The notes beneath the pieces were generated by a model. The model was not told the DNA's origin and made no database searches. It saw only the letters and a program-made list of their open reading frames with translations. From Vicugna vicugna (taxonomy: Eukaryota): a stretch of DNA of 64,000 nt. The position numbers and the translations under genes were made by a program. Positions 52,470-64,000 of the stretch are shown one piece after another. Within the stretch, counting starts at the first letter, position 1. Each line of letters begins with the position of its first letter. The stretch is from the NCBI GenBank assembly GCA_013265495.1, contig MU058384.1, forward strand, positions 1,489,690-1,553,689, in the 5' to 3' direction.

Positions 52470-54903
52470 AAGGTGGATTTATATTAACCAAGCTTCCAAA
52501 GACTAATGTGTTAAAAAAACACAATGTCAGCTTGTTTATTTCAACTGACACCTCAAACCATAACAGAATGGGTACGATGAATATGGTCCACCCATGTACA
52601 TTTTTACATGGGAAATAAAAGGATTACTAGAAGAAATGTTATTATTTGTTGAGCATAGAGTTATATATAGCAAGAGGATTTAGTTGGACTTTTTGTCATC
52701 AAGCTCTCAGAGGTATATGCATTTATCTCCACTTCAGGGGTAGATCTGCCACACTGGCAAATAGTTCAATCTTAGGTCAGGCTGCCCCAAACAGTGTTTG
52801 AATGAAGACCAGTGGCACTTGCCTCTGTCCCTCAACCTTTTCAATGTTTCCATGGCTGATCAACTTCCACTACTTTCCTTCTTTATATCTATAATGTTTC
52901 ATCATAAAACAAACAATTCTGCAGCCATTCAGTCACTTGAAGATTGAGAGATTCACATTTTTCCCACCCCAGCATACCTGAGAAGAATGACACATCATCA
53001 CCAATAACTGAGGCTAAAGGATTGTGGTGAGTCCAGGAGGGGATGAGGTGGAAGTGATTTAAAAGACAAGATGATTCTATTATGGTCATAGTAAGAAGAT
53101 AAGACCACTACTGCTACCATTTTAAGAATTACAGTGTTAGGTAAATTTACATATTTCTAGTGTAATTCATTAAACCTGTTTGTAGTTCAACTGTCAGAGT
53201 TATTTCCCTATCTTCATATTTTAGTAGGATACCTCATTTTTGCCTCCAAGTCTTGCCTACATGCAAGAACTTGGAAATTTTGGACTTGAATTTGGAAATG
53301 TATTGTCTCCCATTGAACTGGATTACATAACGGTTGGGTGTGCTAGGTAGAGGCATAAATCAGTCAGTCATCTGAGAAGCTTCTGATTACCCTTTTCACT
53401 GACTGAATTATACATTGGCACTCAGGTGTCTTTGTGAGTTTTGTCCTAGAATTTACCTACCTTGCATCTTAGGAACTACTTTATTTTCTGCTGCCCTTTC
53501 TACTGGAGGGCCAACTAGCCACTATCCTTTCTTTACTTTCCAACCAGAGTTTAGAGACTTCTAAATCTCTGTGTTTTCTGGAGTCTCCATTTATCACACT
53601 TGGTATTTCTTTCCTGCTTCCCAACTGAAAGTCAAGCATAAGCTTTCCCTGACCTTATACATTTATAAGAGTTCTGGTATCTTTCAAACATTCAAGTTAA
53701 TTGGTGTTAAAATTGTGAAATTGCAGTAGATTTACATTAACACTTTCCTCTCTCTCTGTTTTTAAAAAATTTTTAAATGTGTGCACTTTAAAATAAATGT
53801 GTGTATTAATCTGTTACAAGTTGGCCCTTGCACCTTTCTAAATACATTGATTTTCCCTTACCTCAAGAACAATACTCTCTTATTCTGAATAACAATTAAA
53901 AGTAACAATTTATAATCATCTAACTTTGCTATAGCTGACCAAACATCCATTCACTGGCAACAAAATTTCAGACAAATGGGTGTTATTTCATTAGGAAATT
54001 CCCACTGTGGTTACTTATTTATATGTTTATTTTCATTCTTCCTTGAGTCCATGCATATTTCAAGATACCTCTACAGAAATATGAAATTCTCCTCTTTGTT
54101 ACCAGTACACCATGAGGTGTTTAACTTAAGGAATTGCTCGAAGAGGACCTCTGCATATTGTCAAGTAACAAGATCATTCACCAGGGGATGTCAATGCCAT
54201 TTTAAGTAAATGCGCAGTGTTCACACTGAGTCTCCCACATCCACCCAATTGTAAAACTCTCCCAGGCACAGATCAGTTGTGTGTTCACACCTCACCGTTT
54301 CCCAAGCTGCTAAGATGGCTTGAGCACAATCCAATTCAGCAGCACATGACCAGCTAGGTCAATTCTAGCCAGTTGTTCAAAATCAGATTTGATACAGAAC
54401 CTGCTAAGTGGAAATTTCTCAAGGCCTGGAAAAGAAGTCCACAGCACTAGCAATTGTCAAGAATGGCAGCATCTTGTATTTTGAATGATGAGTGACTCAT
54501 TAAAAAATAGTCCAGAAGGGATGAAACCTTAACCTTCAGCCAGCCCATTTCATAGATCTTTTGGTCCAGTCCTATGAGAAAGTCTCATTTTGGCAATCTG
54601 AGGCTGAACTTTCATGATAGGCCCTGTCTAACTGCTGGATTTTGCTTATTCTCAGCCTCATTCAAATGTTCATTTTTCACAAATGAAGTCCCAATAATGA
54701 TAGCACTCATCCCCCTTTTGTTAATGCAAGATCTCAGCTCATGACCCTCCCTCAGCACCTGCACCAAACCTCTTCTGGGTTTTTCCAGGGAGATCAGGCA
54801 CTCATGACTGGTCAGGACAATGGTACTGCTGTTTCTCTCTGAGACAGCACTGCTGGCCCTGATGACAGCAGCCCAGAGCCCCCAGGGGGCAAAGCCGGGT
54901 CCT

Positions 54904-54941
54904 TGGTGGTGGTGGTGGTGGTGGTGGAGGAAGAAGCTTTG

Positions 54942-54980
<39 letters not shown>

Positions 54981-55112
54981 AGTTGCATGTGTGAACAGTT
55001 ATATGTATTTGTATTGTGTGGTATGTATGTCTGATGTCTGTGGAGTGTATAGTGTGTGAGGGTGGTATGTATTGTGTGTGTGGTGTATGTGCAGGGTGTG
55101 TGTGTGTGTGTT
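54904..55112. repeat. (GGT)7, (GT)15 and a degenerate TG-rich tract
   Basis: GGT repeats 54905-54925, GT repeats 54945-54974, imperfect TG repeats to ~55112. Confidence 0.95.
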
Positions 55113-55479
55113 TGGTATCAGGGAAAACATGTGGCTCCCTGGTCTCAAGCTGCCTACCTGCATTACATCTGCCCCCTGAGCCTCTGTGACATGGATGAAA
55201 CTGCCCCGACCCTATTCCCTACTCAGGCTCCAGCCCAGTCCCTCAGGTCCAGCTGGAAGGAGCACAATGATACTGCGCTAACCCTGTAACTTCTCATTCT
55301 CTTCCTTCCCTCTCGTCCCCAAATCCAAATCCCAGGGTTCCTAAGCCCCCAGACATCTCAGTAGATACAAGGAGGGCTGGGGAAGGGGCTACTCCAATAC
55401 CAGATGCACCTAAGTCCAGTTCTGGCTCAGCTAGGACTGTGTTACATCAATCTATCTGTTAAGAAAGCAATTTAATTCT

Positions 55480-56275
55480 TCAGTAAACAATGAGTTAGAA
55501 CCTGAGGCCACAATCATAAATGAGATAAATGAGAGGCATCTATGGCACTGAACTCAGGTTACAGGAGGTAAGCTCGAGGAGCAGGCGCTCTCCTGACTGT
55601 GCTTTGGCACTTGGCAGGAGGAGGCAGGGTCCTAGTGGGGAGCAAGGAGAGAGAATTCAACCTAACAGGGGCCTCAGCAGAGGCTTCCTGGGGATGAGGA
55701 TGTCTAGGTAGAAATCCCAACAGGCCAACAAAGATGTAGGAGAGGCTTCGGGTAGAAGGCCCGGCATTTGTGTGAAGGCCTGGAACTCTGAGCAGTTTAA
55801 CTAAATTATCATAAGCCCAGAGAATAAAGTGTAAGGGGTGAATGCAAGAGATAAATCTAGAAAACAGAACAAACCAAACAAAATAAAACAGGAACTAGGT
55901 TGGTTTTCCTCAAAACATGGTCCAAGGACTACCTAAAAAAGAATCACTGACTGTAATTGTTTTTTAAAAAATGCTTTTACTCTCCAAATTTATTCTCCTT
56001 GAATCAGGGGCACAGGAATGTGCATTTAAACATATTTTCTAGGTGGTTCTTACCAGAGTAAAGTTTGAGAACCAATGGTCTAAATCAAACGAGGCTGGAT
56101 GAGTCACTTTCAAGAGCTTGAATTTATCCTAAGATAAATTTGAGGCCTTATGCAAGGCAGTGACTTGATTAAGATGCGTGTTGATCACTCACTGTAGAAG
56201 CAATTTAGAGAATGGACAAGTTGAGCAATAGAAAGTTCTCTGCCCATTTTTAGCTGTGATGATTATGTTGAAGTC
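55480..56275 (-). mobile_element. L2 fragments interrupted by a MER5-like MITE
   Basis: 'cagagg cttcctggggatgaggatgtct' and 'gagcttgaatttatcctaag...gcagtgacttgattaagatgcgtgtt'. Confidence 0.55.
55898..56080. mobile_element. MER5-like hAT MITE
   Basis: 'ggggcacaggaatgtgcatttaaaca...aggtggttctta...aaagtttgagaaccaatg'. Confidence 0.7.
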
Positions 56276-56369
56276 CAAGATTTCAGCATCTTTAAATATA
56301 CAGACTACCAAACTATACACGCAAGTAAAGTCCTATCCAGTCACATTCTCAATTTATGTCAGCCTACTT

Positions 56370-56481
56370 TAGGATGATCATCCGTCCCATTTGCTCAGAA
56401 GTGAGGGATTTCCCAGGATGTGGGACTTCAGTGCTAGAAATAGAAAAGTCCCAGTTTGCCTGGGACAAACTGGTCATCCTA
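56370..56481. mobile_element. MER81-like hAT-Blackjack MITE
   Basis: 112 bp with TIRs taggatgatca ... tggtcatccta; internal 'gggatttcccaggatgtgggacttcagtgcta'. Confidence 0.85.
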
Positions 56482-56926
56482 TAATTACCAAGAATAATCC
56501 CCATAATAATCCATCAGGTCACACAGAGTTCTCAATACAGTATTCTCTTTTTTTTAATTCCGAGATTAAAAGAATCTTTTTGAAAGTGGAAAAGGGGTAT
56601 TAAAGAGAGCAGAATTAAAACAATCATTTGTAGTTGAAAATTAAAAAAAAAAAAATTCCCAAGCACACTGTTGCTTGAATGTAAATTTAAAACAGAAAAA
56701 AAAAATTCTGGCAGCGCCTTTTAATTTGTAAGAACAGAGGCTCTCAAGCATGATGTTGCAATCAGTAGAGGGGCGTGTTGTAAGGAAATTGTTTTTTACT
56801 ACTCATAATTAAAGGACTGGGTTTGTAAATGATTTACTCTTAAAAATACAGAAAATCAAGCTTAGCTCCCTTGCATTCTGTTGTGCTTTCTTCAGCAGGA
56901 GAGAAAGTGGTGGAGTTACGGCATAC

Positions 56927-57074
56927 CTGCCCAGAATAATCAACAGCCCGAACTGGCCCATTGATTTGTTCTGAACAGAGGGCTCTGCATCCTCCATCAT
57001 CTCCATATGGAGGAAAAGAGCCTGAGAAGCACCACTTGGAAAGTAACTTGATAAGTCAGGTCACCGTTTCCAGA
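56927..57074 (-). other. Putative 148-nt internal exon of an unidentified minus-strand transcript (lncRNA or 5'UTR exon)
   Basis: Minus strand has a ~35-nt polypyrimidine tract 'tttttctctgtctctttttttcctctttcctttttaaag|', a unique higher-GC body and a CAG|gtatgc donor; stops occur in all three frames read from the acceptor, so it is not a through-coding exon. Confidence 0.55.
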
Positions 57075-57157
57075 CTTTAAAAAGGAAAGAGGAAAAAAAG
57101 AGACAGAGAAAAATTTTAAATCCTTTTACTTCAAATGCCCAGTTGTTAGATCAGGAC

Positions 57158-57432
57158 AGGTTTTACCCAAATATTAGTACTTCACTTGATTTTAGATGGT
57201 ACAAGGATAAAACACTTTAATTTGTAATACTTTAGTACTCATTTTGCTACTAAGTAATGAAAAAATATATAATTAGTACATTAAATCTGTCATTTCATGG
57301 ATATTTTTGCTTACTATGAGGTTAAGTATAAAAATAAGTCAATGAAAAAGATATAGTAAATAAGAGTATGGATGGTAGACAGCAAAAATTTGTAGAAAGT
57401 GGAATGAGAATGATTCAAGGGTGGGAAATGTT
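57158..57432. mobile_element. Charlie18a-like hAT DNA transposon fragment
   Basis: 'gattttagatggtac...tataattagtacattaaatctgtcatttcatggatatttttgctt...gtgggaaa'. Confidence 0.6.
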
Positions 57433-59799
57433 ATACTTGCCTAAGTAAAATCAGAGAAAAATGCTACATCTTTATCCTGTAAAGATGAAGAGCAACAAAA
57501 ATTTCACATTTCAAATTAAATTCCTCAATTTTTGAACACTAGAAACTCAGCTCATATATTTCCACCACTTGAAGGTATCTAAGTTAATTTCCAAAACAAC
57601 TATACAATTAAAAAAAAAGGATCAAACAAAAGAAAGCAAAATAACAAAACAATAGAAATCTGTAATGTAATTTTAGCATCAGTTGAATTATAAGGAATCT
57701 AATTTTCCAGCAACTGTGTGTCATGATCAAAATATAATAGTAGCTCATATCTTCAACTTTATCACCCAAGTGGATATCGTCCATCTAATTAGGCCAGAAA
57801 ATTAGACTTTTTAAGTCAAAGACAAACAAAAACAAAATCATTCAATAAAAGTGCTTTGACTATTGTATATACAGCTCATCTGTCCCTTGGATGCTAAGAT
57901 ACAAGAATTTGCTTAGACAATAAAACTTACTGCATTTATTAATAACTATGATTTTAAATCATTTCTGATATTTTTCTAAGTATCATATAAGTTTTTCCAA
58001 AACTCTATTGCAAAACTCCATAATGCAAAAAATAAGCTTTAAAGTGACCATATTTTCTCTCCTTTACAATTTAATTATTTATCATGAGACCACATTTTCG
58101 GTTGAACTCTCTGTTTTATGACTTTCTGGTTGAATAAGTTTAAATCCAGTTTCCCTGGATTTAAGCAAAATATATCAGATCGAATTACAAAAACCAAGGC
58201 TGTGCCCATTTCTCAGGAACAGGCAGACCCACACTAGCCAAAACGTGAAAACTAGGACAAAGCATGGAAATAGCAGAGAATTTATTAATATAACACTCAG
58301 CATCAGTAAGCTGAAGGACGATGTGCAGAAAACTTAACTCTTGGTGAGTCATTACTCTTTAGTAAATGGGGATAAAAATAACTAACTAACTGTGTACAAG
58401 AGCAAGTAACCCACATCATTTCATATTTCTGTACAGAATTTAGAGAAGCCATATGGAGGTTTGTTATCTAAATAAAACAGTATTTAAAAATAACTTTTCA
58501 GACACTAGACTTTTATTAAAGTATCATCAGTACAAAGTACATATTTAACACTTCGTGCTATGAAGTGAATTGTTTCTATATCTATTTCCTCTATTTGTTT
58601 TCATCTCTAGTCAAATACTACCTTACTCCTCAGAATCTTACCATTATGATAACAAGGATCTCCTAGAGTTTTCAGCATACACGCCGTCCTAGATGGGTCT
58701 ACTCTATGCTGCATTCTAAGGGTAGCAGACCTATATTTTAGCAAGTTCTCGTGGCTTTTTGCCCTTTATTGGAATACAAGTGAAGAAAAGAGTAAAGAAT
58801 GGAAAATACTCTTTTCACACTAATGCCCTTTGAAATGAAGACTGTTGCTCATGGAGCTTTTCCTAGTATGTGAAAAGTCTAAGTAAAGAAAAAAAAAGTG
58901 CTCGTATTTTCTACATTGAAACAACAATAGAAATAAAAATAATTCTGTCCTATTGGGACATTTCAGAGTTTCTAGTCTTTGATTCAGTTTAAGCATAATC
59001 TTGGTGCCAAGAGATTTCAGGCTCCAGTGGAAGGGAGAGAATCAGAGCCCATCACTGGTTCTGGGTAATCTGGATAATCTTAGATGAGGTTTAAAGTATT
59101 CAATTGGATCTGGATTGGAATATAGGATTATGCAGCCAATATTTTATTTAAAAGCCACATTTCTAAAATTATTTATATAAATTCCTTTCTTATATTTCAA
59201 AAAATCCTCCAGATCATGCAGCATTAAATGCTAGCTAGCTACAAACTGAAGTTCCCACCATGACATTGTGTTGCCTGCGTTTTCCTCAGAAAATGAAGAT
59301 GTTAAAGCTGCAATGGTATTTGTCATTTACTCAGAAAAAAAAACAGACAGAAACTGTGCTTTGTCTTCAAGTAGCTAAAAATTCGAAATAGACGCACTTT
59401 CACCTGAAGTAGCGGGCTAATTAGAGCCTAGAGTAGGTTCAACTTCAATTATCTAGATAATCTACTTGTGTGTTTATTTAGTCTGAAATTAGAAGCTTAA
59501 AATGAATCAACTGTCAAGCAAAAGTTAAACAACTTTGAAAACCAACTTCCAGAAGAGTTTGATTTCAAAACAACCTCTTCAGGTGGCCTATTTGTAAATG
59601 TACTTAATAAACATTGGTCTTATTTACTTTAGATTTGCACCTTAAAACTTAAAAATATTAATAAATTCAAAAGCAGCTTCCTAAACTGCCTATCATGAAT
59701 TCACACTCTTGATGAATTAACACACACACACAAACGGTATGCTCCCATCCCTCTGTTAACTTTAGTCTCATTCTCAGGGAAGCACTAACAACAATCTGC

Positions 59800-59962
59800 A
59801 CTGAATTTCCATTTTGTCTGTACATTTGAATCACCAGGGGAACTTATGCTCTGGCTACACTGAGCACCACTTAAATCAAAGTCTCTACAGTTGGGACCCA
59901 GGCATCATGTTTGTCAAGTTCCCCAGGTGAATCCAATATAGAGCCCAGATTGAGAACCACTC
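59800..59962. mobile_element. MER5A-like hAT MITE
   Basis: 'gaatcaccaggggaactt...tgggacccaggcatc...ttccccaggtgaatccaatatagagcccagattgagaaccact'. Confidence 0.8.
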
Positions 59963-60159
59963 TTTCAGGAGTTGGATAGTTTTTCTACAGAATAGCCTGA
60001 AAAAAAACGCCCAAAGCATCCAATTTTTTTCTCCTCAGTCTTACTCCCAGTCTTTCCCTTTTGGTTGGTTTATCCTCTAATATGCTTAACTGAATTCAAT
60101 CACTCTGGGTGTAGGAAAGTCAGGAAAGAAAAGAAATGTCCTACATCATTTCAATTGTT

Positions 60160-60560
60160 TACATTCACTTATTCAATCAATAAATATTTTCTACATATCT
60201 TCTACATAACTCCAGGCTTTACAAGAATGTTTTAAAGCATAAGCCTTTCCCTGTGGGATCTCACAGCTTGATAGGGAAGATAGTCAGGAAAAAAATAAAT
60301 TCCCATATTGGGTGATAAGTGCTGAAACTGAAGTACCAAGGAGGCATGAAAATCTATTTTCCTTGTAGGCCCCAGGGACCACTTTACAGAAAGACTGCAT
60401 TTGAGTTGGTCAGGAAGGCGAAGCAGGTGGCCTAAGGAAATAGGGAGGGAAGTGGAGTGGCTTTCCAGGCAGAAAGAAAATGTGCATAAAGACATAGAAG
60501 CATGAACAAGTTGGGTGAGTCTGGAGCTTTAACTCATTTAACACGGCTGGAGGACAGTGG
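60160..60560 (-). mobile_element. L2 3' fragment
   Basis: 'cattcacttattcaatcaataaatattttt...ctttccctgtgggatctcacagc...ttccaggcagaaagaaaa'. Confidence 0.7.
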
Positions 60561-61334
60561 TGGGTCTATGTGTGCATGCGGGTGTGTGTGTTGGGGAATA
60601 GGGGTGGAAATTGTGGCATATGAGGTTGGAGGAGAAAGAGTGCTCCATGCGTTGGAGATGAATGGAGCCTGGAATTAGCCCATAAGGTTACTATGTAAAT
60701 TTATTACATATTTTACAAACCCCATTGACCTTCAAGAAATGGAATTATTGTTGAGTATCATCTTGATGAATATTTTGGAATACAGTTCATTTTAAAACCA
60801 TATGTTTGTGTGTATCTGTGTGTGAATTTATGGCACTAGACGGGAAAACAAAGACAGACCATATTTGACAATAAGAAATCAGGTAATTCTTCTGATTTTA
60901 AATTTGCAATTAAATTAGAAGATAGCAAGTAAGATAGAAAATCCAGTCCTTTTAGACTGGATACTGGGTGGCCTGACTGTGGTTACTGTCTTTAATCACA
61001 CAGAGCACAAGGAGAAGACGCAGATAATAGCACATCCGTAACATCTTCCTCAGCATAAAGGATATGTGGGTATGTGTGGCTAAACTATTTAAAGTTCTCT
61101 GTACTTCGAGTTAGACTACCCTTATCGTTTCCTCTTGTGCAAATCCCATCCCACTCCAATGCCAGGACTTTCAGCACCTTTCCTGAACCCCTATCCCGTC
61201 ATGTGTTCTGAGTACAATATCTCCCTGGACTCTAACAGCATCCATTTATCTGTATCTCTCTCTCCCTCTTATCAGGGACAAATGCATGCATGTGTTTGAG
61301 TCTTCCTTCAAAACAGGATCTGTATCTACTTTTT

Positions 61335-61560
61335 AAAAATAGACATTTATTAAGTGCCTAGTACCATTCACATACATCATCTCATTTAATCCTAACAACA
61401 GCCAGTACTGTAACTTAGAAGCTGTTTCCCAACACTCGATGAGGAAATTGAAAATCAAAAAGTTAAATGACTTTCTCCAGATTATACAACTTGCAAGTAT
61501 ATAAAGCATCTGAGTCAAATTTGGAAACAGGCTCTCTTATCCCATCTCCTATGCACTCAT
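61335..61560 (-). mobile_element. MIR SINE
   Basis: 'acatttattaagtgccta...catcatctcatttaatcctaacaaca...gatgaggaaattgaaaatc...ttaaatgactttctcc'. Confidence 0.85.
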
Positions 61561-62124
61561 TATTCTTACTGAAAGAGTCCACCATCATGTTTTGTAGAGA
61601 ATAGGTACACAATATATATGTGTTTAATAAACAGCCTCTATCTTGCTTTTGTTATATTTATATGAATGTATACCTAAATGTGCATAAACACACCCATACC
61701 CATACTCTATGTAGGTTTAGACAGATGCACAGTAAATTCCCAATTTACAAACTCAATATATCCCAAATATTGGATTATAAGTGAGTTGTGTGAGATGCAA
61801 AACCCTTTTTCTACAGAAACAATGTCCTACAAAGAAGGTAAGGCATCACATGAACCCACTACATGCATTCTGAACACACAAAGTATCAGAATGCAAGTAC
61901 CAGCATATAAAGAATATTTCACTTGAAAATATATTCCCAGTTCTGTTTTTTCCTGAGCCAGGAACTGGGACTTCTCATCATCCAACCTCCCCAGCTTGGG
62001 AGGATGTGAGGATGAGAACCTTTCCAGATGTGTAGATGCTCCAGATATATTACAGACCATAAATACATGCTGACAAATACCATAAATACATGAGACAAAA
62101 TGCATATGACACACAGACATCTGT

Positions 62125-62250
62125 CACATAAGCTCTAAGAGGACCTTGAGTCTTGTTTTGTTCACTGATGGATCCCAAACAGTACCTAGAATAGTACCTA
62201 GCACATAATAAACACTTAATAAATATTTTTAAATTAAAAAAATGAATACT
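62125..62250 (+). mobile_element. L2 3' end
   Basis: 'ttgttttgttcactgatggatccca...cctagaatagtacctagcacataataaacacttaataaatat'. Confidence 0.8.
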
Positions 62251-63449
62251 TTATGGATGTTGTTAGCAGCTTCCTCCCCTTTCACACCACCAGGTAAAAA
62301 GCAGCACCTAAAACACTAGCTATGGTAATTTCCAAGTGAAATCTTATCAATGAAAGGTCATTCTTTCTGGCTCACACTTGAATTAGAGTCCAAAAGTGTT
62401 CAGATCACCTCATGGCCATGCATAATCTTGGAATCCACAGTTTTATGATGAATGGATGAAAGACAAACATCCTAAAGAGATCCATTAATATGGCTATAAG
62501 AGTGGAAAACTGGACCCAGAAGGCAAAAAAATTTAATAAGATCATTTGGTCTTGTTGAGAGCTAACCACATGTATTGAATCTACAAGCTGTCTTTGCACA
62601 GAAGTGGCTGACCATCTAAGTTTTGTCTCTAGTGGCGAAAGGACACAAAGTTCTAGACAGAAATTGCCAGGTAATAATGGAAAAGATTGATTTAAGTTGG
62701 ACAGAAATATTATTTAGATGTAGAAAGTGTGGTCTTTGGAGATTTAGATTAGGTAGGTAAATTCCAGAGTTTTAGGAACAGCAGAAATGCCCTTTTTTGA
62801 ATTGTTCAGATGCCACACAAGGTAGAGGCAGGGGCTGGAGGAGGTAATCTCTTAGGTCATTCATTAGCCCATAAAACTAGGAATAAAGCCAAAGTTTTAA
62901 TGAAATCTCATGTAACTTTGTTCATGTTTCCCTGGAATTAATATGTTAAATAAGTATAAATTGTATATATGTGGTGTCTTATCAATATAGAGATCTGAAA
63001 TAATTTCTCCAGGGAACAAATAGCATTTCACTGAGTTCCTGGGGCAACAGGAAGTGAATACACATAAAAATAATTACCAGATTGAAAAGTCATTCCCCTA
63101 ACCTCTTGTAAATCCTAAGTACTACTTATAATGAGAATGTTCTTACAATTCTCTAAAATGATGTATTATTTACCAACTGGGGAAAAAATTAACTGGACAT
63201 GAAAATAGACTCCCAATTAAAGAACTCCAACTTATTCTTAGTTTTGTATCTCATCATTTGTTACTCTATAGTTATAAAGAAATTAGCATAAAAAATGTCA
63301 TCAAGATAGACTCCTAGCATGCTTCTGTACCCAGAGCTGTCAGTTTTGGAGTTTGGAACTTGGAGAAAATCACAGTGAGAAAAACAAAACAAAACAAAAA
63401 ACTCTTCACTCCCATGATTTTGTATTAAAATAAACTCAGGAAAATTGAC

Positions 63450-63675
63450 ATAATAGAAAGAGGAGTGGATCTGATGTTGAAAGCCTTGGGTTCAAGTTGA
63501 GATTCCATAACACACAAGCTGTGTGACTTTGGGTAAGTCACAACCTTTCTAGAAAAACTTAATTTTCTTTATCTGTAAAATAAAGATAATAGTAACTATA
63601 ATGGAAAGTTATTGCAATAACATTCAAATAGGTGTGTGAAAGCACATAGCAGAGAGGGCACTCAATATTGTTCAA
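63450..63675 (+). mobile_element. MIR SINE
   Basis: 'cttgggttcaagt...gctgtgtgactttgggtaagtcacaacctttct...ttttcttatctgtaaaat'. Confidence 0.85.
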
Positions 63676-64000
63676 GTGTTGCTACAAATTAGTTATTTTC
63701 TTACTTTTCTATAAAAACTATAACCTCCTTTAATAGCAAAAGCAGAGAAAAGCAATAGCAATCTGTAATGATTTTGTGGAAGTGTATAGTGATGGGGTTG
63801 AGGAAGGAGTCAGTTTAGCAGCCAAATATATATACACAAGTTCATGAATATAAAGTTTCATGTCAGCACCCAGTGCCTCCATGAACCATCACCCATCCAT
63901 CTGATCCCAGGCAGTTTGAGGTCCAGGGAGCACCATCTGGCTGATTCCATCCTAGAAACAGCTCCGAACAATGACAATCAAGATGGCCCCCAGTCTCTAG

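Noticed and set aside
59445..59465. 14-bp palindrome attatctagataat
   Set aside because: AT-rich and short; expected by chance in a window this size.
1..64000. CRISPR array, miRNA/snoRNA gene, endogenous non-retroviral viral element, or a nameable host gene
   Set aside because: No regularly spaced repeat-spacer units, no miRNA or snoRNA sequence I recognise and no viral-like ORF; the candidate exons did not match any gene I could identify reliably.

Overview
AT-rich, CpG-depleted eutherian genomic DNA, most likely from a camelid: it carries tRNA-Ala-derived SINEs of the vic-1 type and young L1 3' ends of cetartiodactyl/camelid style, with no Alu, B1 or BovB/Bov-tA/CHR elements seen. I found no intact protein-coding gene, RNA gene, CRISPR array or prokaryote-type system. 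The ORF track is short chance ORFs, decayed L1/L2 fragments and two artefacts from a 675-N assembly gap (42377-43051). Much of the window is transposon relics. These include a near full-length L1MC1-like LINE (about 24930-31920) inserted into a MER3 DNA transposon and itself hit by younger L1 tails, a second older L1ME-like LINE (about 34640-40240), a 2-kb L2, a near-complete MamGypLTR2-like solo LTR, a two-LTR MaLR provirus with a nested MLT1A, MER5/MER8/MER81/Charlie18-like MITEs, L3/CR1 pieces and many MIRs. The best non-repeat signal is a well-formed 148-nt internal exon on the minus strand (56927-57074), plus weaker candidates. Together with the mostly + orientation of the L1s, this suggests the window lies inside a long minus-strand transcript (lncRNA or multi-exon 5'UTR) that I could not name. 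Repeat family names come from recalled consensus sequences rather than a database search, and most repeat boundaries are approximate. I see no convincing evidence of a new biological system.
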